The notes beneath the pieces are model-generated. The model saw only the letters and a program-made list of their open reading frames with translations. It made no database searches and was not told the origin of the DNA. From assembly GCF_021378375.1 (NCBI RefSeq), contig NZ_CP076228.1:480001-512000 (forward strand): DNA of 32,000 nt, in the 5' to 3' direction. Shown one piece after another: positions 17,533 to 25,392 of this stretch. Position 1 is the stretch's first letter. Every line of letters begins with the position of its first letter. A program made the translations under genes and the position numbers. The DNA comes from Wolbachia endosymbiont of Drosophila innubila (GTDB lineage: Bacteria > Pseudomonadota > Alphaproteobacteria > Rickettsiales > Anaplasmataceae).

Positions 17533-18690
17533 TTAACTTATTACACATATTGCTTGACTATCTTTCCAACTTCTGTGCAAATGTCGATGTTCGTGCCACT
17601 TCAGTACTCCCGGGTAAAATACTAAAATGTAATTTTCTAATTCGTGTATTGAGTCTTTTTGCTCTAAATCTAATTCACTTTCAAAATGAATATTGTGCTC
17701 TGCTATACCAAATCTTATAACTTTTTGATTGGTAAAATCTTCTACCTTGTAATGGTGAGTAACGCTAAACCTTTCTAAAATTGGCTTGTGTTTTAAATTC
17801 CAATATTGCCCTGAAAGTTTATCGCTTCCCAATACAAATTTATTTCCTCTTTCCTCTACACTACCAACTGGAAAACATGCGTTTATTTCTCCTAAATTCC
17901 AACTGTTGTCTGATAAGACTATCTGTGCTTTTGCAAACTTTATTTCTGGCAATAAGCTCTGTGGTAATGGATGTAGTGCTTTTAAGTTATACCACTGATG
18001 ATTTCTTTCATAGATGCCTTTGTAATCCTTCGTGTGAGGCTCTGTTTCCCCAAGCACTGCTACATCTAACCGATATATGTCATTACTAAATGCTTGCTCA
18101 TAATGGTTACGTAGATAACTCTCTATAACCTTAATTGATTCACCACTAAACCTGAAAAAATTTACTCTTCCAAACGATAATACTGGTCCATCTTTTTCAA
18201 TTTTTATCCCTGAGTAATCCGATAACAAACTTCCAAAAAAGCTTTCATCTAAAATAAATCTGCTAACATTATAGTGATTATTGAAAATCCTCATTAGCCG
18301 CGATCTTGCTGGTAGTGACAATTTTGCTAGCTCTACTACTGCATCTACAAAAAAGTCATTAGGTACATCTTTTATTCCTATCTGTAATTCAAAAAAGTGC
18401 TTGCCAGGTGGTTCTTCGATAATTGTAATGTCTTCTATATTTGCCCATTTTAGCGCTATTTTTAGTGATGCGGGTGTTCCTCTCAGTCTTTGAAATTTTA
18501 CTCCTTCTACTACGGCTTTTCTTCTATCTTTTACCCAGCGCAGTATTCCTTCTAAGCCATATTCTTCTATTATCCACGGCAATGTTTCTTCTTTAAGACT
18601 AAACTTAAATCCTTTTTGGATATCAACCTTATAATCTGTTGCATCTACTAGCGCTTTTTCCTGTTTTGTTGCATTTGGTGGCAATAACAT
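17533..18690 (-). CDS. Phage tail protein I (P2 gpI-like)
   Basis: The N-terminus MLLPPNATKQEKALVDAT resembles the P2 gpI LLP...s.lE.A motif. The gene sits directly downstream of baseplate J with a 1-nt TAATG overlap at 18690. Confidence 0.7.
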   Translation of the reverse strand: MLLPPNATKQEKALVDATDYKVDIQKGFKFSLKEETLPWIIEEYGLEGILRWVKDRRKAVVEGVKFQRLRGTPASLKIALKWANIEDITIIEEPPGKHFFELQIGIKDVPNDFFVDAVVELAKLSLPARSRLMRIFNNHYNVSRFILDESFFGSLLSDYSGIKIEKDGPVLSFGRVNFFRFSGESIKVIESYLRNHYEQAFSNDIYRLDVAVLGETEPHTKDYKGIYERNHQWYNLKALHPLPQSLLPEIKFAKAQIVLSDNSWNLGEINACFPVGSVEERGNKFVLGSDKLSGQYWNLKHKPILERFSVTHHYKVEDFTNQKVIRFGIAEHNIHFESELDLEQKDSIHELENYILVFYPGVLKWHEHRHLHRSWKDSQAICVIS

Positions 18691-19475
18691 TACTCAACCT
18701 TTAAATTTCTCAAATTTGCACATTCATTTCCCATAATCACAACATCTTCTTTTGGCTCGATTAATTCTACGTTTTCTACACCCTCTACAAATAGGTTTGC
18801 TATTATCCAAGATCTTGTCACACTCCACCCTAATCTTTTTGCTAATTCAAACTTCTTAATAAGCTGCTTCTTGATTTCCTCCTTCGATATTATAGGACTT
18901 ATGCTCATTCTGCTATGAATATCTATTTCCATAATATTGCAGCCAATTACTGTTATCGTATCGGTTAAAACCCTTATATCATCTCTAGTAACCTGCTTTT
19001 TTACAATTTCAAGTAGTTCTTCTGACACCATGCCAGTTGTTGTTGATAAGATTGAAATTTGTACTTTCCCTGGTATAGGTGATTCTACTAATGCATCTTT
19101 TACTCTACTATCTGCCGACAGTGCATGATAACGATAATACTCTTTGCTTCCTCCTGTTGACCACCCCTTTATTTTTGCTTTAATTCTTTTTCTAAATCGT
19201 TCGTCCTCTTCTTCTTTCTGCCTCTCCACTCCATAAAACTCAGCTAAATTATCAAGATCTTCTCCTGTCGCAAACTTAAGTAAATTACTCTTTACTGCTT
19301 CGTTTATCCTTTGTCTCAGCAAAAGCTCTCTCCAGGCTGCTACTTCTAATACCTTCATCGCTGAGTCACTTTCTACTAATGCCGTAAAACTTTCATCTCG
19401 ACTTATTAATTCTTCTTTCATACGTGAAAAGATTTCTTCGAAGTTCAGTGGCTCAATAATGTTAGTCTGCTGCAT
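18690..19475 (-). CDS. Baseplate assembly protein J (P2 gpJ-like)
   Basis: FEEIFSRMKEELISRDESFTALVESDSAMKVLEVAAWRELLLRQRINEAVKSNLLKFATGEDLDNLAEFYGVER matches the Baseplate_J family pattern. Its position in a W-J-I order supports the call. Confidence 0.8.
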   Translation of the reverse strand: MQQTNIIEPLNFEEIFSRMKEELISRDESFTALVESDSAMKVLEVAAWRELLLRQRINEAVKSNLLKFATGEDLDNLAEFYGVERQKEEEDERFRKRIKAKIKGWSTGGSKEYYRYHALSADSRVKDALVESPIPGKVQISILSTTTGMVSEELLEIVKKQVTRDDIRVLTDTITVIGCNIMEIDIHSRMSISPIISKEEIKKQLIKKFELAKRLGWSVTRSWIIANLFVEGVENVELIEPKEDVVIMGNECANLRNLKVE

Positions 19476-19477
19476 CT

Positions 19478-19592
19478 TTATACTACAACCTCATCGAAGC
19501 GAATCTTTTTCCCCATTGGTACGTACAACCCTTCCAGGTCAAGCGTTACTTTTCCCTCTTTTACTTCTGTCATTTTTACTTTTTCTAATTTA
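19478..19592 (-). pseudogene. Baseplate assembly protein W (gpW-like), C-terminal stub truncated by IS insertion or rearrangement
   Basis: The minus-strand frame reads ...KLEKVKMTEVKEGKVTLDLEGLYVPMGKKIRFDEVVV-stop (TAA at 19478-19480), just upstream of the gpJ ATG. The frame runs open into the IS inverted repeat. The expected ~110-aa gene is reduced to about 37 codons. Confidence 0.4.
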
Positions 19593-20504
19593 GAGGTTGT
19601 CCGGAAACAAGTAAAAGGCTATAATATCTGAAATTTTAGTACGGGGTAAAGATGAGAAAAAAGTATCCAACAGATCTAAGCGAAAGGGAATGGGCAAGAA
19701 TAGAAAAACACTTCAGAGTATCATACAAGAAAGGAGGAAGGCTGCCAAAGTATAGCAAAAAAGAAATATTAGAAGCAATTTTCTATGTATTGCGTACAGG
19801 GTGTCAATGGCGGTATTTACCAAATGATTTTCCGCTATGGAAGACTGTGTATGAGCAGTTCAGGCAATGGAAGAAGCAGGGAATTTTTGAGAAAATGAAT
19901 TATGAAATTACAAAATATAGTAGAAGAAAAATAGGAAAGAATGAGCAGCCGAGTGCCTGTATAGTAGATAGTCAATCTGTAAAGACTACAGAAAAGGGGG
20001 ATCAAAGCTATGATGGAAGTAAAAAGTAAAGGGTAGAAAAAGGCATATAATTACAGACACTCAGGGTTTTATACTAGGTTGTTACGTAGGCGCTGCTAAC
20101 GAAAATGATAGAGATGGTATTAAAATAGCATTAAACAATATGAGAACAAAATATACTAAAGTTAAAAAATGTGGGCTGACATGGGATACCAAGGAAGAAA
20201 TTTAAAGAATCACATAAAGGAAGAATATGACATAGATATTGAAATTGTTAAAAGGCCTCCATGTAGATTTTGGGTGCACAAAGATACGCCACCTGAGCTA
20301 CTACCAACAAGAGAACAAGGGTTTAAAGTACAGCCAAGAAGATGGGTTGTAGAAAGGACTTTTGCTTGGGTTAATAGGAATAGAAGGCTATCGAAGGAGT
20401 ATGATTTACTCACAACATCCACTGAGAATTTCATATACCTAGCTATGAGTAGGGTTATGTTAAAGAGGGAATATGCTTGAATTTACTAGTTTCCGGACAA
20501 CCTC
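19593..20504 (+). mobile_element. IS5-family insertion sequence (IS1031 group; ISWpi1-like by recollection)
   Basis: Perfect terminal inverted repeats GAGGTTGTCCGGAAAC (19593-19608) and GTTTCCGGACAACCTC (20489-20504). The element is about 912 bp and encodes a DDE transposase. The flanking triplets are TTA (19590-19592) and TGA (20505-20507). Confidence 0.85.
19652..20480 (+). CDS. IS5-family DDE transposase, encoded in three frame segments (one likely programmed -1 slip, one extra 1-nt shift)
   Basis: Segment 1 (19652-20029) is an HTH-type N-terminus ending ...CIVDSQSVKTTEKGDQSYDGSKK. Segment 2 (frame 1, about 20026-20205) reads KVKGRKRHIITDTQGFILGCYVGAANENDRDGIKIALNNMRTKYTKVKK. Segment 3 (20169-20480) reads MWADMGYQG...RRWVVERTFAWVNRNRRLSKEY. 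The D..D..E motif order is typical of IS5/IS427-like enzymes. Confidence 0.8.
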
Positions 20505-20532
20505 TGAGGCATATGAAGTGGATTATGTCAAT

Positions 20533-20563
20533 GAAGAACTAAGAAACTGGTTCTTCTTTTTTT
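20533..20563 (+). terminator. Rho-independent terminator-like hairpin, orphaned by the IS
   Basis: GAAGAAC (20533-20539) pairs with GTTCTTC (20550-20556) across a 10-nt loop and is followed by T7 (20557-20563). It follows a short open frame ending in TAA (...RHMKWIMSMKN-stop), which looks like the 3' stub of a truncated + strand gene. Confidence 0.4.
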
Positions 20564-20672
20564 CTATAGCTTTAGGTTTACCTACAATTTGAAAAACAAC
20601 AAATTCGTCATTCCGCTACTCGTTAGCGCCGCGGCGGTATGATGTAGGGAAACCTTTCTTGGGTTAGCTATA
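20564..20672 (+). repeat. MITE-like Wolbachia short repeat, copy A (109 bp)
   Basis: It is bounded by CTATAGC...GCTATA ends. The core TTTAGGTTTACCTACAATTTGAAAAACAACAAATTCGTCATTCCGCTACTCGTTAGCG..CCGCGGCGGTATGATGTAGGGAAACCTTTCTTGGGTTAGCTATA recurs in inverted orientation at 23414-23548 and, shortened, at 29676-29760. Confidence 0.65.
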
Positions 20673-20813
20673 AAGTTAAAATTCGACCAGGGCAGCCGCA
20701 ATAAGGTAGCAAACGCCATCATGTCTTTAGGAGAGTTTGCTAATGAAGGCTCTTAAGTTGACGCCATTGCCTGAACGGATACGCCAATTTTTATGTTCAT
20801 TTGTAACCGTCTA

Positions 20814-21455
20814 TTATTTTACACCCCAGTCTTTTTCAAATATTGCTAGCCCTTGGTCAGTAAGTGGGTGATTAATTAATTGTCTAAGTACTTTTGCTGG
20901 CACAGTAATTGAATCAGCACCAAGCCTTGCAGCTTCTATTACATGCGCTGGGCTTCTCACTGATGCAACAAGAACTTTAGTATCAAAACCGTAATTAGAA
21001 TATATAGTACATATATCTTCTATTAGCGATAAGCCATCATAGCTTATATCATCAAGGCGACCAACAAAGGGGGAAATAAAACAAGCACCGACCTTAGCGG
21101 CAAGGAGTGCTTGTCCAGGAGAAAAACATAATGTGATGTTAACAGGTATTTTATGCTCTGTCCATAACTTTTTACAAGAAATTAATCCTTCATGTGTAAG
21201 AGGTAATTTGATCACAACATTATCAGCAATTTTTGCTAAATTCAGACCTTCTGTGATCATCTCTTCATGGCTATCTGCAACAACTTCAACACTAACAGGC
21301 CCTTTTATAATAGAGCATATTTCACGCACTAAATCCTCGTATTTATCTTTACGCCCGGACTTTGCTATTAAAGAAGGATTAGTTGTTATGCCGTCAATGA
21401 ACTCCTTTAGTCCTTTAATTTCATTTAAATCAACGCTATCAAGAAAAATTTCCAT
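20814..21455 (-). CDS. tal: Transaldolase / fructose-6-phosphate aldolase family (type 3B)
   Basis: MEIFLDSVDLNEIKGLKEFIDGITTNPSL...VVIKLPLT.EGL...NITLCFSPGQALLAAKVGACFISPFVGRLDD has the canonical short-transaldolase motifs, including the Schiff-base Lys region. Confidence 0.9.
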   Translation of the reverse strand: MEIFLDSVDLNEIKGLKEFIDGITTNPSLIAKSGRKDKYEDLVREICSIIKGPVSVEVVADSHEEMITEGLNLAKIADNVVIKLPLTHEGLISCKKLWTEHKIPVNITLCFSPGQALLAAKVGACFISPFVGRLDDISYDGLSLIEDICTIYSNYGFDTKVLVASVRSPAHVIEAARLGADSITVPAKVLRQLINHPLTDQGLAIFEKDWGVK

Positions 21456-21494
21456 ATTAATCTCCTATAAAAAAAATACCCTTGCAAAATCTTG

Positions 21495-22033
21495 TCATCC
21501 TACCGCTTGACTTACAACCTTATGAACTTTCTGCGTTGTAAACATCAAACAGCCGATAACACAACTGTACAAATATTGAGACATAAGAGTAATTTGTACC
21601 AAGAAAAAAGATGTCATCCCAGTGCCCAGACCCCTTAGACAATGTACCATCTTTTGATTTTGTCTATTCTGGGCGGGGTTTTCAAGTTCTTTGATCTTAA
21701 ATACTACATCTACTTTATCAAGAGCAATGTTGACTTCTTTTACTAATGTTCTAATAAGACTACGTTTGGCTTGCCAATCTAGGTCCGATTTAACACTAGA
21801 ATAAAAGCCCTTTATGCTATTTGTAATAAGATTCATTTTCTGCCGTATTCCCTTTTACCTTTTTCTTCTCTCCTTCAATCTCTTTTAAACGTTACTTCAT
21901 TTTTTTTATTGCCTGCTTAAAGTCTTCCTTACTTATAGTTAGTGCATACTTTGTTGCCGTAAAAACTTCTGGTACCCAAACAATTGTAATAAGTATACAC
22001 AATCTTTGTCAACTATTTTCGGCACTGGTATAT
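21495..22033 (-). pseudogene. Relic of a second large serine recombinase (C-terminal zinc-ribbon/coiled-coil part), frameshifted and cut by the IS3-family element
   Basis: Minus-strand fragments in different frames read ...YYNCLGTRSFYGNKVCTNYK, ISKEDFKQAIKK, LKEIEGEKKKV and DLDWQAKRSLIRTLVKEVNIALDKVDVVFKI. These resemble the YY.C....C.n..i..d.LE and C-terminal '..KR.li..lv..I.v' regions of large serine recombinases. The 5' side abuts the IS3 inverted repeat at 22034. Confidence 0.4.
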
Positions 22034-22106
22034 TGACCTTACCCAGAAAAAGTGGAGAGAAAGAAAGGAGTTTTTTCGGGTAAAATAAAATTTTGGAGGA
22101 TTAGAA

Positions 22107-22409
22107 ATGGCAAGAGAATATACGGCAGAATTCAAATTGGAAGCTGTTAAGCTGGCAAATGAACAAAGAAAGGTAGGTCAACCAGTTGCAAAAGTAGCAA
22201 GAGATCTAGGAATAAGGGATAGTGTATTAGGAAAATGGATGAAGAAATATAACGAAAAAAAGTCAGCGGCAAATGCATTTCCAGGTAGAGGTAACATGGC
22301 TCCTTACGACAAAGAGAGGTTTGATTTACAAAGCAAGAGTAACAAGGGAAAGAGACATTTAAAAAAAAGCCCTAGCCAGTCAAAAAGAGTAAAATATTTT
22401 TTTATATAG
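22107..22409 (+). CDS. IS3-family transposase OrfA (HTH domain)
   Basis: MAREYTAEFKLEAVKLANEQRKVGQPVAKVARDLGIRDSVLGKWMKKY is the canonical IS3/IS911 OrfA N-terminus. Confidence 0.8.
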   Translation: MAREYTAEFKLEAVKLANEQRKVGQPVAKVARDLGIRDSVLGKWMKKYNEKKSAANAFPGRGNMAPYDKERFDLQSKSNKGKRHLKKSPSQSKRVKYFFI

Positions 22410-23159
22410 TAACTGCTATAAAGTACAGGAATTATGTAGGATTTTCTGCTAGTGGCTACTATAAGTGGACCACAAGAAAAATAAGCAGTAGAGAATCAGC
22501 AAATAAAGAGCTACTCGCAGCTATTCAAAAAATATATCAAGTTTCTAAATGTAGATATGGAGCTCCTAAAATTCATGCTGAATTGAAGGCTTTGGGTAAA
22601 AGTTGCAATTTGAAAACGGTGCAAAGTATTATGCAGAAAAAATGACATCAGGGCTATACTGAAAAGAAAGTTTAAAATTAAAAAACAACAAACAGATAAT
22701 AGAGCTGTAGCTCCCAATATACTAGATCAAAACTTTATTGTTGATCAACCAAATAAAGTATGGGATTACTTATATAAAAACCAAAGAAGGATGGCTATAT
22801 TTGGCAACAATAATCGATCTATATTCACGCATGGTAGTTAATGAGCAGTTCAATAAATAAACAATTGGTTATGGACTCTTTATTAATGGCCGTTAACAAG
22901 CGTAAACCTGCCAAAAATCTACTATTACATAGTGATCAAGGTTCACAATATACTTCGCAAGGTTATCAATATCTCTTATCCATAAAAAACATAGATGAGT
23001 CATAAAGGTTGTTGTTACGACAATTCTGTTGTGGAAAGCTTCTTTAGCTCATTGAAAAGAGAAATACTTATTGATACTTCACAACACTCTGCTCAACAAA
23101 CTAGAACTGCAATATTTGAATACATAGAAATTTTTTATAACAAACAACGTCACTATTAA
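22410..23159 (+). pseudogene. IS3-family transposase OrfB (rve integrase core), multiply disrupted
   Basis: Fragments such as [31 protein letters not shown] (read as YYIVIKVHNILRK after a frame loss), SHKGCCYDNSVVESFFSSLKREIL and AIFEYIEIFYNKQRH are recognisable. They are spread over several frames with internal stops. The last stop is at 23157-23159. Confidence 0.65.
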
Positions 23160-23304
23160 CTATTGCATTCCTGAGCATTTTGATTCATCATTCTCTTTGT
23201 GAAAAACATTCCAAACTTTCTCTCCACTTTTTCTGGGTAAGGTCAGATACTATAAACTATAAAAAAATTTCTCCGATAGTTCATATAGCAAGTAAATTCA
23301 CAAA

Positions 23305-23682
23305 ATGAAGACTATTATTTTTATTACAGGTGTATCTACGGTTGGAAAATTAAGTTTGGCTCATATATTAGGTTCAAAGCTTTTTATGCCTAGAAACTTT
23401 GCAATTCCACTAACTATAGCTAACCCAAGAAAGGTTTCCCTACGTCATACCGCCGCGGTATCTCAGCATAGATTCCGCTAACGAGTAGCGGAATGACGAA
23501 TTTGTTGTTTTTCAAATTGTAGGTAAACCTAAGCCATTTTAGCTATACTTGTAGAGAAAAAAGAATAGATGATGATCCTAAATATTTAATAAATTTGACT
23601 ACTGAGGAATTTCAAAAATCTCAATTTTTTATTAATTGTGATATGGTACATTCTATCTTCATATAGCTTTCCTCTTCATACC
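23305..23682 (+). pseudogene. Possible guanylate-kinase-like relic split by MITE-like repeat copy B
   Basis: ATG 23305 opens MKTIIFITGVSTVGKLSLAHILGSKLF (a degenerate GxxGxGK(S/T) P-loop). After the repeat, YTCREKRIDDDPKYLINLTTEEF resembles the TTR.PR.GE.dG.dY.F.s.eEF block of guanylate kinases. The frame stops at about 23664, so the protein is far too short to be functional. Confidence 0.3.
23414..23548 (-). repeat. MITE-like Wolbachia short repeat, copy B (135 bp, inverted relative to copy A)
   Basis: Its reverse complement aligns end to end with 20564-20672. It carries an extra internal segment of about 17 nt (GAATCTATGCTGAGATA) that completes an ATTCCGCT...AGCGGAAT hairpin. Confidence 0.65.
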
Positions 23683-24561
23683 TCAACTAATGAAATCAGA
23701 AGCATCAACTCCCTTTTGCAAGCAAGCAGCAATAACAGTGTTCATCATTAGAAATGCAATGGTCATTGGGCCAACGCCCCCGGGTACTGGGGTCATAGCT
23801 TTGGCTTTCCCTTTTATTCCTTCAAAGTCAACATCACCTACAAGCTTTCCTACGTTAACGCTATTTATGCCAACATCGATCACTATTGCACCTTTCTTTA
23901 TCCAGTCTGCTTGAACAAAATTTGGCTTTCCGACTGCTGCAACTACTATATCCGCTTTAGAGCAATATTCAGCTAAATCCTTGCTTTGTGAATGCAAGAT
24001 GGTGACAGTGCAGTTTTCTTGCAATAGCAGGTAAAACATTGGCTTGCCCACGATATTTGACCTACCAATTACCACTGCGTTTTTACCGGAAAGGTTCTCT
24101 TCAATTGACTTAATTAAATGCAAAGAACCTTTAGGAGTGCAAGGTATAAGGCAGTTTTTTTCACCTTTAACTAATTTGCCAACGTTTTCATCATGAAAGC
24201 CATCTACATCTTTTTCAACACTTACTGTATTAATTACTCTGCTTGCACTAATATGATTTGGTAAAGGCAATTGCACTAAAATGCCATGCACAGATGGATC
24301 TTCATTTAATTCATTGATTTTTTCAATTAATTCATCTTCTAAAATATTATTAGGCAAAACAATGGTCTCAGAACTTATGCCTATTGATTCTGCTTTTTTC
24401 TGTTTGTTGCGAACATAAACCTGACTTGCTGGATTGCTACCTATGAGAATTACTTTCAGGCAAGGAAAAATGTTATACTCTCTCTTTAAAATATCAATTT
24501 TTTGTGATAGCCTCTCACATAGGTCGTTTGCTATTTTTTTACCATCAATAATAATTGTCAC
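23683..24561 (-). CDS. folD: Bifunctional methylenetetrahydrofolate dehydrogenase/cyclohydrolase FolD
   Basis: ...[11 protein letters not shown]...[26 protein letters not shown]...[10 protein letters not shown]...DVDGFH..N.G....CTPKG...[17 protein letters not shown]...[16 protein letters not shown]. The likely start is GTG 24561 (MTIIIDGKK), preceded by a GGAG-like RBS. The ORF-track ATG at 24687 would add an implausible hydrophobic leader overlapping ubiX. Confidence 0.9.
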   Translation of the reverse strand: MTIIIDGKKIANDLCERLSQKIDILKREYNIFPCLKVILIGSNPASQVYVRNKQKKAESIGISSETIVLPNNILEDELIEKINELNEDPSVHGILVQLPLPNHISASRVINTVSVEKDVDGFHDENVGKLVKGEKNCLIPCTPKGSLHLIKSIEENLSGKNAVVIGRSNIVGKPMFYLLLQENCTVTILHSQSKDLAEYCSKADIVVAAVGKPNFVQADWIKKGAIVIDVGINSVNVGKLVGDVDFEGIKGKAKAMTPVPGGVGPMTIAFLMMNTVIAACLQKGVDASDFIS

Positions 24562-25120
24562 TTCCTTGCCACTCCTTAAAGTCGGGTAATTTGATATCAA
24601 ATAAATCCAATACTTTGCCAACAGAATGATTAATAATATCATCCAACGATTTCGGTTTAATATAAAAAGCAGGCACTGGTGGAGCAATAATTGCTCCCAT
24701 CTCCGTTAATTTTAACATATTTTGTAAATGCCCAAGATGCAGTGGTGACTCTCGCACCATAAGAACTAACTTTCTTCTTTCTTTTAGCGTTACATCTGCA
24801 GCCCTTGTCAATAGATTGGAAGTAACACCTGATGCGATTTCAGACATTGTCTTCATAGAGCATGGTGCTACAATCATCCCTGAGGTTTTAAATGAGCCGC
24901 TTGCTATTTTTTCTCCAATCTTTTCTTCAGAATAGTAAAAATCTGCAAGTGATGTAATATCTTCAAGTTTTTCTTTAATCTCGTGAGCTAAAGTTACTTT
25001 CCCAGCACGACTTATCACTAAATGAGTTTCATAATCGACGTCTTTCAACGCTTCTAAAATACGCACACCGTAAATAGAACCAGATGCTCCACTTATTCCA
25101 ATTACAATTCTGCTATTCAC
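24545..25120 (-). CDS. ubiX: Flavin prenyltransferase UbiX
   Basis: [21 protein letters not shown]...ETHLVIS...[18 protein letters not shown]...[33 protein letters not shown]...[12 protein letters not shown] is collinear with E. coli UbiX. Confidence 0.9.
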   Translation of the reverse strand: MNSRIVIGISGASGSIYGVRILEALKDVDYETHLVISRAGKVTLAHEIKEKLEDITSLADFYYSEEKIGEKIASGSFKTSGMIVAPCSMKTMSEIASGVTSNLLTRAADVTLKERRKLVLMVRESPLHLGHLQNMLKLTEMGAIIAPPVPAFYIKPKSLDDIINHSVGKVLDLFDIKLPDFKEWQGSDNYY

Positions 25121-25379
25121 TTAACTCTTCTTCGTAGCTCATTCCCAATGCACGTTTATAGGTATCAAGCAATATTTCTTGTTCCTCTCTGTCATCATCA
25201 TCCATCTTCCTCAGCCTAATAATTTGTTTCATCACTTTTATATCCCAACCTTCATCTGCGGCTTTTGCATATACATCACGAATGTGATCTTGCACATCCC
25301 TCTTTTCTTGTTCAAGTTTTTCGATTCTCTCTATGTAACCCTTCAACTCTTCAGCCGTTATTTTTACTGTATCTTCCAT
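25113..25379 (-). CDS. DUF2312 family protein (GapR-like alphaproteobacterial nucleoid-associated protein)
   Basis: ELKGYIERIEKLEQEKRDVQDHIRDVYAKAADEGWDIKVMKQIIRLRKMD...REEQEILLDTYKRALGM is the characteristic DUF2312 sequence. Confidence 0.8.
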   Translation of the reverse strand: MEDTVKITAEELKGYIERIEKLEQEKRDVQDHIRDVYAKAADEGWDIKVMKQIIRLRKMDDDDREEQEILLDTYKRALGMSYEEELSE

Positions 25380-25392
25380 GAAACTCCACTAA

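Larger units (their letters stand above)
22034..23245 (+). mobile_element. IS3-family insertion sequence, degraded copy (1212 bp)
   Basis: Perfect 30-bp terminal inverted repeats TGACCTTACCCAGAAAAAGTGGAGAGAAAG (22034-22063) and its reverse complement (23216-23245), with the TG...CA ends typical of IS3. OrfA is intact and OrfB is full of stops and frameshifts. Confidence 0.8.

Noticed and set aside
24562-24687. N-terminal 42-codon extension of the folD ORF ([42 protein letters not shown]).
   Set aside because: The extension overlaps the ubiX 3' end, is hydrophobic junk unlike any FolD N-terminus, and is followed by a GTG with an RBS that gives the canonical MTIIIDGKK start.
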